A stretch of 59,846 nt of DNA, from positions 1-59,846 of IMG/VR virus record IMGVR_UViG_3300048823_000098. The stretch is one strand, 5' to 3'. The notes below the pieces were generated by a model that saw only the letters and a list, made by a program, of their open reading frames with translations, searched no databases and was not told where the DNA came from. The position numbers and the translations under genes are program-made. The stretch is from a virus. Of this stretch, positions 17,547 to 25,072 are shown piece by piece. The number at the start of each line of letters is the position of its first letter. Position 1 is the first letter of the stretch.

Positions 17547-18649
17547 TCACCGCTCTCAAAGAGAACGGCTGGAACCAACGTGCCGCTGCGCGCTCGCTGA
17601 AGATGAACCGCAGCAGCGTCACGGAGCGCGTCCAGAAGATGCGCAAGAAAGGGATCGAGATCCCCGCGCTGACACCATGCAGAGAACAGGCACCGGCCCC
17701 GGAGGGATACCTTGTCAAAGGCACATCGACTCTTCTCGACTCACAAGGTAATACGGTCGTTCAATGGATTAAAACTCGTGTTGACGACGACAAGTTCAGG
17801 GCAATGGTTGAAGCGGCGTGTCGAGCCGCTGCGGGTAGTGTTCCGCCAATCGGTGTCATTCCACTCCCTCGCGCCACCGCGGCTCATCTTTGCAACCTCT
17901 ACACGATCACAGACGTCCACGTCGGCATGCTTGCCTGGGGGAAAGAATCAGGTGAACCGTGGGATCTCCTGATCGCAGAGCGGTGCCTTACCGAGACGTT
18001 CATCGCGATGATGGACGCTGCACCGAACGCGGTGCAGGGAGTGGTCAATCAGCTAGGCGACTTTCTGCACTTCGACTCGCTGAAGCCGTTAACGCCCGAG
18101 CACGGGCACTTGCTCGATGCGGACAGCCGCTACCAGAAGATCGTCGAAGTGGCGGTGCGGATCCTGATCCGGCTCGTCAACCACGCGCTGACTAAGCACG
18201 AACGCGTACAGGTGTACATGCACGAGGGTAACCACGATCCGGCGGGCTCGGTGTGGCTGCGCGTTCTCTTCGCCCAGCTCTACGCCGATAACCCTCGCGT
18301 GACCGTGGGAGATAGCCCGCTGCCGTACGTGGCCTACCAGTGGGGCAAGACGATGCTCTGCTTCCATCACGGGCACATGGCGAAGAACAATTCGCTGCCG
18401 CTGCTGTTCGCTGCAAGGTTCCCGCAGATGTGGGGGGAGACGACGAAGCGTTACATCCACGTCGGGCACCGGCACCATGTCGATGAGAAGGAACACCCGG
18501 GCATCAAGGTGATCCAGCACTCGACAATCGCGGCGGCCGACGCGTATGCTGCGCGCGGCGGATGGCTCTCAGAGCGCCAAGCAACCTTCATGACCTATCA
18601 CTTGGAATCTGGTGAAATCGCACGCGGTATCTTCATACCGCAGGAGTAA
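17525..18649 (+). CDS. HTH domain fused to a calcineurin-like metallophosphoesterase
   Basis: N-terminal NGWNQRAAARSLKMNRSSVTERV (Fis-type HTH). Phosphoesterase motifs HEGNHD, GHM and GHRHH. Confidence 0.75.
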   Translation: MRTDDELITALKENGWNQRAAARSLKMNRSSVTERVQKMRKKGIEIPALTPCREQAPAPEGYLVKGTSTLLDSQGNTVVQWIKTRVDDDKFRAMVEAACRAAAGSVPPIGVIPLPRATAAHLCNLYTITDVHVGMLAWGKESGEPWDLLIAERCLTETFIAMMDAAPNAVQGVVNQLGDFLHFDSLKPLTPEHGHLLDADSRYQKIVEVAVRILIRLVNHALTKHERVQVYMHEGNHDPAGSVWLRVLFAQLYADNPRVTVGDSPLPYVAYQWGKTMLCFHHGHMAKNNSLPLLFAARFPQMWGETTKRYIHVGHRHHVDEKEHPGIKVIQHSTIAAADAYAARGGWLSERQATFMTYHLESGEIARGIFIPQE

Positions 18650-18651
18650 CT

Positions 18652-19047
18652 ATGGACGCGGTGAATAATCCGAAGCATTACACGAGCCACCCGAGCGGGG
18701 TGGAGTGTTTGACTGTTGTTCGGCACATGAACTTCAACCGCGGGAATGCGGTGAAGTATATCTGGCGGGCATCGTTGAAGGGGAAAGAGATCGAGGATCT
18801 GGAGAAGGCGATCTTCTATCTGAAGGACGAGATCGAGCGGTTGAAGCGTCCTACCCCCCAGGAGGAATGGAACGACGCAAACCTTAAGCCGTATCAGCCT
18901 TATTACGGGTTTGGGCCGCCGATGGGTCAGAAGCTGCCGTCAACGGAAGAACTTTACTGGGGCTCCGGCTTCGCCGGGGCTGTCCCGCGGTTGGGCTGCC
19001 CTTGCGAGGTATGCGAGCAGGCCCGCTCAAAGTCATCGAAACAATAG
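18652..19047 (+). CDS. DUF3310-family protein
   Basis: NPKHYTSHPSGVECLTV...GNAVKYIWRA...EDLEKAIFYL pattern. AGGAG SD. Confidence 0.7.
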   Translation: MDAVNNPKHYTSHPSGVECLTVVRHMNFNRGNAVKYIWRASLKGKEIEDLEKAIFYLKDEIERLKRPTPQEEWNDANLKPYQPYYGFGPPMGQKLPSTEELYWGSGFAGAVPRLGCPCEVCEQARSKSSKQ

Positions 19048-19483
19048 GCGGCGCGCTGTACGGGTCGATCTTGCACGCGATCCGTACAGCCTGCTCCGCA
19101 GAGGCACCCATATGCAAAGCTCCCAACGCAGCCTTAGCCCCGCTTCCCACGGCGTAAAACTTATCCAGAATCTTTTCGCCACGACCCCACTTATCGTACT
19201 CATAAAGGCCCTCGCGAGTGAGCGCGAGAACGGTGAAGTCAGCTTCGCCGTTGACAAGACGTTCGACGGTCTCGATTGGCCGAGTCTCCGTCTTATACCA
19301 GTCGACGAATACGAGGCTGCTGAACGACTCTCCCGCAGTAGCGAGAATGGCTTCTTTGGAGGTTCCCTCGAAGCATCGATAGAGTTTTTCACATCGGAAA
19401 ACCCGTGCTCCCCCTTCTTCTGTCGCTATCGTTGTGCGCGAGTCAGCGCAGATGATCCCGTCGCGGATGGCAATGGTCGTCAT
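18884..19483 (-). CDS. HslV/proteasome-beta-like Ntn (threonine) hydrolase
   Basis: MTTIAIRDGIICADSRTT (Thr directly after Met). Lys about 31 residues later. AVGSGAKAALGAL (GSG motif). GGAGGTGAG SD. The last 47 or so codons overlap 18652..19047 convergently. Confidence 0.7.
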   Translation of the reverse strand: MTTIAIRDGIICADSRTTIATEEGGARVFRCEKLYRCFEGTSKEAILATAGESFSSLVFVDWYKTETRPIETVERLVNGEADFTVLALTREGLYEYDKWGRGEKILDKFYAVGSGAKAALGALHMGASAEQAVRIACKIDPYSAPPIVSMTLSGPARIPRKGSPTAGQPRRSRSPSKVLPLTAASDPSAAQTRNKADTA

Positions 19484-19500
19484 GTCTCACCTCCAGTTGA

Positions 19501-20799
19501 TTAGGGCAGCGTGATCGTCACCTGCGCGCCTGCAGTACCGTTCACCCACGAGGGGGCGGGAAATGCCGGCGCAAACCACTGCCAGTACGTGTAGCCGCCC
19601 GCCGCTAAGAAGTTGGATGCGCTGACCGTTGGATACGTGCGGCCTCCAGTGGTTATGCTAGCCATGTAGTTTTGCGCAAAGGTTCCTTGAAGCGCGAAGA
19701 TGAGATAATTGAATTGCGGGCCCGCCAAGACGTTCGCCACCAATCCAACGACAGGCGCGCCCAAGATATCTGCGGCGGGCGTGATGGTGCCGATTCCGCC
19801 GAGATAGCCGACGGTAAAAGCGAAGCCGGACGTAGCAAAGCCGTAGATCGTATTGGTGAACGGAGATTGCAAAGCGGAGCCAATCGTCATTACACCGCTG
19901 TAATCCAGTGCCCCCAGTGGCTGAGCGATGCTAACGCCCGCCTGCGCGGTGGACTGTATGTTCTGCACCTTGAGATAGCTGCCAGCCAGCATGAGGAGGC
20001 TGTTGCTGGTGCTGGTGTTCTGCGCCCACGCGAACGTGATCGAGCACGGGCCAGTGCACGTGAACATGCCGGTAATACGCACCGGGGAATGCACGGACGT
20101 CGACAGCGTTATGGGATAGCCCGTGGTGCCGCTGCTGTAGGCCGATTGTCCATACACGGCGCCGCTGCCGGGGTCGGCGATAGCGTCCGCAGCAAAAGCA
20201 GTAATGACACCGCCAGGGATTTGCACGGGGGGAGCGACATCCTGCAGCAGGCCGCCGTTCAGCGCGAGCACGTTGAACTGGGAGGTGCTGGCTCCGTTGC
20301 CTTTGAGGAACATGCCGAAGCTGAGGCCCGGGTTGGTTCCTGAGCCCGCGCTGCAGACGAATTCCGCCTGTAGTTCGTATCGGTAGGTGCCGGCGTACGG
20401 AACCGCAATCGTGAGATAGGTGCTCGGGGCCAGCGTTGTCGTGCTGGTTCGGAGTTCTGAGTAGGTGACGAGCGCAGTCGACACGAATCGACTGTTCAGA
20501 ACGTACGGATCGACGTCGCCCAGCAGCTGGCCTGACGGCGCTTTCGTCTGCACGCGCAGCGGCACCGAGGGGTTGATGTAGATCGGCGGAAGGCTGCCGT
20601 TCGATCCCGCCGTCACGATGTTGGACGGGTACGGTATCTGTAGGTTGCCGTCCTGATAGACGGTAGCCGGCAACTGCAGTCCGCCCGAGGTGCGCGACAG
20701 CCAGAAGGTCAGCGTCGCGAACGGCACCGAGAGGTTCGTTGCGGGCGCGATGACGTCGTACGTCGGCTCAGTCAGCAGCATGCCCTTTGCAACAGCCAT
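19501..20799 (-). CDS. Tail fibre protein (one copy of the fibre module plus a C-terminal domain)
   Basis: N-terminal ...ATLTFWLS...ATVYQDGNLQIPYPSNIVTAGSNGSLPPIYINP is paralogous to the two modules of the upstream gene. TAATG coupling. Confidence 0.7.
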   Translation of the reverse strand: MAVAKGMLLTEPTYDVIAPATNLSVPFATLTFWLSRTSGGLQLPATVYQDGNLQIPYPSNIVTAGSNGSLPPIYINPSVPLRVQTKAPSGQLLGDVDPYVLNSRFVSTALVTYSELRTSTTTLAPSTYLTIAVPYAGTYRYELQAEFVCSAGSGTNPGLSFGMFLKGNGASTSQFNVLALNGGLLQDVAPPVQIPGGVITAFAADAIADPGSGAVYGQSAYSSGTTGYPITLSTSVHSPVRITGMFTCTGPCSITFAWAQNTSTSNSLLMLAGSYLKVQNIQSTAQAGVSIAQPLGALDYSGVMTIGSALQSPFTNTIYGFATSGFAFTVGYLGGIGTITPAADILGAPVVGLVANVLAGPQFNYLIFALQGTFAQNYMASITTGGRTYPTVSASNFLAAGGYTYWQWFAPAFPAPSWVNGTAGAQVTITLP

Positions 20800-22295
20800 T
20801 ATCCCACCTGTATCGCTTGCAGAAAACTACCGGCGTTTAAACCTGCGGTTAGTCCAGCCGTGCCTGAAACAGACCACGCCAGCGCGAAGATCACCGGAGC
20901 GTTGATGATCGTAATCGATCCACGGCTGTACATCATATTCACAGAGTTGGCGCCCCCGAGCGCGAAAGTTTGCGTGCTGCCCACGGCGTAGGATCCACTC
21001 GCGTTTCCGCTGCCTACGGCTTCGTAGGCCGCAGAGCTGGCCGTTTGAGCTATAGCGCTGAGGACGGTCCCCGCTCCCGCAACCGCTGTTAGCTCGACAG
21101 CGACGGTGATAGATCCCGCGTTGGGTGAAAACTCCAACATCGAATCGATGGCATACACGCCCGGGTTCAGCGTTATCTGCAACGCGGAGTCAGGAGCCAT
21201 AGCGGATCCCGTCAGCCGGACAGTGGATGCGGTTTTAATCGCGGTGATCGGTTCGAAGGCGCGCGGCACGACGGGATCTACCGTCGGCTGCAGCGCCGTG
21301 CCAGACGCGTTGAATAGCCGTGTCGCGTAGGTGATTGAAGGATCCAGATATACAACGCTCATGCGTCCGTTGCCGTCCGCAGTGGTCGAGGGCAGCTGCT
21401 GCCCAGGGAACTGCGACAGCGGAATCTGTAGTCCCGCGTCGGCGTAAACCGGAGCGAGCGTTGTCGTACCGGTGAAGTAGAATTGGCGATAGCACCCGGG
21501 CTGTGTCTGCGTAGCCGAGCCCGCGGCAGCCAGCGGTTTGCTCTGCGGCTCGCGGAAGATGATGCCGAGGTTGATGACCGGCTGTACTAGCAGGTAACTG
21601 CCAGCGTTCATGCGGACGGTGCCGCCAGCGCCATTAGTCCCCCAGTTCATAGTGAAGATGCCGGGGGCGGTTGCAGTGAAGACGCCGCGTACCCAAAAAC
21701 CGTTTACCCCGATGCTGTTTATACTGAGGATATTATTTAAGGTTAGGTAGAGGGATCTCGGCGTGTTGTCAGAACCTACGAGCGTCCCGAGGTTAGCCGA
21801 TGATGAGCTGATAGTTATTTGCGAGGAATTGCCCGGATTGATCCCGATACCGGTCGCAGTGGAAGTGTTGACTACTTCCAGATACGACTCAAAAGCGTAC
21901 GTGCCGGCCTGAGGTATCGTAACCGCCAATCCGGTCGAGACAAGAGACCCCGAGGAAACCGTGATGGATGATGTCAGTACAGACGACGCAAATGACGGCG
22001 GCTGCTGGATGACGGGATCGGCCGTTTCGAGGACCACCCCTTGAGTCAGCACCGTCTTATACACGACGCTGGGGTCTAGGTAGATGGGCGGGAACTGACC
22101 GTTCGCATCAGCCGTCACGACGTTGGATCCGAAAGGCGTCATCAGGTATCCGTCTTGATAGACGACAGCCGCCGTAGTGGTGCCGGTGATGTAGAACGTG
22201 CGCGTTGCCAACGGCAGCGGGAAGCCTCCGACGAGCGGCTTCGTGTAGGGCTCAGCGAAGAGACAGCCCTTCGGTGGCGCGGAGGAGCCGGCCAC
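20799..22295 (-). CDS. Tail fibre protein with an internal duplication (two fibre modules)
   Basis: Residues 1-250 and 250-498 both carry FY(I/F)TGTTT...VY.D..L......ADANG...YLDPS and end in NAGS(Y/F)L. Confidence 0.7.
   Translation of the reverse strand: MAGSSAPPKGCLFAEPYTKPLVGGFPLPLATRTFYITGTTTAAVVYQDGYLMTPFGSNVVTADANGQFPPIYLDPSVVYKTVLTQGVVLETADPVIQQPPSFASSVLTSSITVSSGSLVSTGLAVTIPQAGTYAFESYLEVVNTSTATGIGINPGNSSQITISSSSANLGTLVGSDNTPRSLYLTLNNILSINSIGVNGFWVRGVFTATAPGIFTMNWGTNGAGGTVRMNAGSYLLVQPVINLGIIFREPQSKPLAAAGSATQTQPGCYRQFYFTGTTTLAPVYADAGLQIPLSQFPGQQLPSTTADGNGRMSVVYLDPSITYATRLFNASGTALQPTVDPVVPRAFEPITAIKTASTVRLTGSAMAPDSALQITLNPGVYAIDSMLEFSPNAGSITVAVELTAVAGAGTVLSAIAQTASSAAYEAVGSGNASGSYAVGSTQTFALGGANSVNMMYSRGSITIINAPVIFALAWSVSGTAGLTAGLNAGSFLQAIQVG
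20835..20842. repeat. GTTTAAAC palindrome copy
   Basis: Perfect octamer 36 nt upstream of the ATG at 20799. Encoded as TTA AAC. Confidence 0.9.
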
Positions 22296-25072
22296 TACTC
22301 TTCATCCTCGCCGCTGGCAAGACGCTCCTGCCGCACGCTCTCTACCCGTTCGGCTGCTCGGTCGAGTCGCGGCTGCAGAGCTTGTCTAATAGCCGCTTCC
22401 GCTTTGCTCGGAGCGCTGGGTGCGGCGGTCGGTCGCGCTCGTGCAGCCAGTCGTGCAGCATTTTCTCCGTACTTGCTTCCTGCGAGGAATCCGGCATGGT
22501 CAGCGGATCCGAAGAGGTCGTGGAAGGCCGGGGTTGCTCGAATGAGGTCATCGGTAATTTCTCCGTGTTTCACCAGTTCGGGGATGGACGCGCCAAGCGA
22601 GCCCATCTCTTTGTGATCTTTCTGCGCACGCTCGTACGCTGTCTTCGCCCAGGACCAGACGGTCTCCTGCACTTCACGCGGAGTCCACTGCTCGCCAGTC
22701 ATGTGACTGAGCATCTTAGCCGCTTCACGCACCTTCGCGCTGACCGCGAGATAGGTGGCGGATTTGCCGGGGCCCATGTTGTTCTTACCGCCGCCGAGCT
22801 TCCCTGAGTCGATCTTCGCGAACGACGCCATCCAAGCATCGTTGGTCACTTCGTGCACATTGCCCATCAGGTTGTGATAGAAGCTGTGGACCTTCGGCCC
22901 CGACAGCAGCAGTTTGTTCAGGTTCTCGGGATCCTTGTCGGTCAGCGCCTTGACGCTATTATTGAACCACGCATCGAGCACGTTCGACTTCGACCTGCTC
23001 TTCGGGTTCTTGAGCGAGGACTGCTCCATGATATCGCGGATTGCTTTCTCGGCTGCCTCCCCCTGGATCGAGGAGCCGGGAGCGCCAGGGCGTCCGGCGC
23101 GGTCCCAATTCACGAAGGTACGCAGGGCGTTGTGGAAATTCATCTGCACTGAGGTCTGCGGGCTCATCGCCGCCAGCAACGCGGTGAATCGCGGGGCATC
23201 GGCTCCGAACACGTTGGTGATCGCCTCGGCCGAGTCCTTGTACCAGCCTCGCTTGGCTTTGCCGGCGAGAGCCGCCGCAGCGTACTCAGCAGTGTGAGGC
23301 AGTTCCTTGAAGGCTGCCATGATGCGCTTGGTCGCGCCACCGCGCAGCATCTGTTTCTGCTCTTGCTCGGTCAGGTGCTGTTGCACCTCCTCGGGAGTAG
23401 AGGCGACCTTGTTGGCGGTCTTCTTCGCGTACGCCGCGGCCCACTCCATCGCGGGCACATCGGCTGACTTGATGACGTGATCCGGCAGCAGTCCCGCTTT
23501 CTGCGGAGCGTATTCGGTTTCCTCGGCACTTGCGGTGCGGTTCTTCGCGCCGTTGGGTCCGTAGTTCACATACGCGTTCTGGCCCAGCGTCTCCGTCGCC
23601 AGGGCCTTCTGTGCGAGCGCAGAGTACATCGGCTTGTGGATTCGATAGGCGTTGAATTCGCCGTCAGCGCGGAACCCGACCCCCTCCTTCACGTGCCCGA
23701 AGTAATCGTGCACGATGCGGAACTCATCGTTCGCCAGCATCTTGCGTCCGTCGATAGTGCGTCCCGTGGGCTGCAGTAGCGGATGCTTCATCACGCTCGC
23801 AGCTGTCTCTCCCCCGGGTAGCATGAACTGCTCGGGGTCGAACTTACCGCCGTTCCACTTGTCTTTTCCCGGCCCGTGCAGTTTGCCCTCGGTACCGTTG
23901 TGCTGAGCGATGGAGTCTTGCCCGAGCTGCGCCGCGGTGTCGCTCGCTTCCTGATCCGTGAGCGGGCGCGAGGTGCGCGCAACCAGCGTCGGCTCAGTGC
24001 CGCTCATGCGCACCTCGTGATCGAGCACGTTGACGCCCTTCGACTTCAGCGCGTTGATCGCCTCGTGAGGTAGCACCGCTCCGACTTCGTTGCCCTTGTT
24101 CAGCCCGATGTTGACGTGAGTGCCGCCGAATCCGCCCTCGGTGGGGAACACCCACAGGTGGTTCTTGTTGCGCACGTCAAGCGTCGCCAGTCGCGGATTG
24201 CCGGCATAGGGATCTTTCATCCCGGGTTTGATGAACTGTATGTTCAGGCCTGTCGCCTGAATCGCCTTCAGCTGCGCACCGGTCTCCCCGATCAGCGCGC
24301 CGTAGGCATTCGCCGTCTCAGGATCCTCAGGCGTGTGCTGCATGTTCTCATAAGCGTTTGCAATCATCGCTCCGCGACTAGGCGTGATCGGCTCGTAGGT
24401 GTTGGGCGGATCGTAGTTCAGTCCGACACTACGCGCGTAGTTGGAGGCTGCCTGACGCGCCGCTGGCGCGGGCCCGAAGCTGGTCATCTGCCCGTTCACC
24501 TTCACCTGCTGAGGCAGGCCCGCGAGCGGAGGAGCGTTTACGTCGGCACCCTGGGCGCGTCGAAGCATCGCACCGGGTTGTCCGGTGTCGCTGGATTCCG
24601 TGTCCGCGGGCTCGAACCCGTGAGCCTTATAGAAGGCGTCGAGTTTGTCCTGGGGGATGCGTCCTGCAGGGTGATCCTGCGGGATCGCATTCAACGTCAT
24701 ATCAGCGCCAGACTGATCGGCCATCGCCGTCAGTTGCTGCATCGCCTTGCCGCCGTGACCCTGGGCCGGGTGATCCGCGTAGAACCCCTGCACGTGCACC
24801 GTGCTCGGGTCTATCGGATCGCGAGTGATCTCCGTCGACACGTTGCCCATGCGGCGCTGAGCCGGATCCGCCGGATGCTGCTCGGAGGCATCCTCGTACG
24901 CATCCATGAACTGATCCTGGGGATTGCCCTTGGGAGCCGCCTTCGCCGGCACCGTCGGAGGTGCGTCCAGATCAACGTCCACGAGCGGATCGTGACCCTG
25001 AGCAGGCGCGGGTGCGTCGGGCTTCGAGGGCTCGTTCGCCCCCTGCATCAACTCAACCAGCGGCGCGGCCAT
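22295..25072 (-). CDS. Large virion/ejection-type multidomain protein (925 aa) with an N-terminal GNAT-like segment
   Basis: Occupies the P22 gp7/20/16 synteny slot. AQGHGGKAMQQL...LDAFYKAHGFEP resembles a GNAT acetyl-CoA motif. Coupled to its neighbours by TAGTG and TAATG overlaps. Confidence 0.65.
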   Translation of the reverse strand: MAAPLVELMQGANEPSKPDAPAPAQGHDPLVDVDLDAPPTVPAKAAPKGNPQDQFMDAYEDASEQHPADPAQRRMGNVSTEITRDPIDPSTVHVQGFYADHPAQGHGGKAMQQLTAMADQSGADMTLNAIPQDHPAGRIPQDKLDAFYKAHGFEPADTESSDTGQPGAMLRRAQGADVNAPPLAGLPQQVKVNGQMTSFGPAPAARQAASNYARSVGLNYDPPNTYEPITPSRGAMIANAYENMQHTPEDPETANAYGALIGETGAQLKAIQATGLNIQFIKPGMKDPYAGNPRLATLDVRNKNHLWVFPTEGGFGGTHVNIGLNKGNEVGAVLPHEAINALKSKGVNVLDHEVRMSGTEPTLVARTSRPLTDQEASDTAAQLGQDSIAQHNGTEGKLHGPGKDKWNGGKFDPEQFMLPGGETAASVMKHPLLQPTGRTIDGRKMLANDEFRIVHDYFGHVKEGVGFRADGEFNAYRIHKPMYSALAQKALATETLGQNAYVNYGPNGAKNRTASAEETEYAPQKAGLLPDHVIKSADVPAMEWAAAYAKKTANKVASTPEEVQQHLTEQEQKQMLRGGATKRIMAAFKELPHTAEYAAAALAGKAKRGWYKDSAEAITNVFGADAPRFTALLAAMSPQTSVQMNFHNALRTFVNWDRAGRPGAPGSSIQGEAAEKAIRDIMEQSSLKNPKSRSKSNVLDAWFNNSVKALTDKDPENLNKLLLSGPKVHSFYHNLMGNVHEVTNDAWMASFAKIDSGKLGGGKNNMGPGKSATYLAVSAKVREAAKMLSHMTGEQWTPREVQETVWSWAKTAYERAQKDHKEMGSLGASIPELVKHGEITDDLIRATPAFHDLFGSADHAGFLAGSKYGENAARLAARARPTAAPSAPSKAEAAIRQALQPRLDRAAERVESVRQERLASGEDEE

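Noticed and set aside
19501-22295. Diversity-generating retroelement acting on the repeated fibre modules
   Set aside because: The genome has no reverse transcriptase and no near-identical template/variable repeat pair. The modules are old, diverged duplications.
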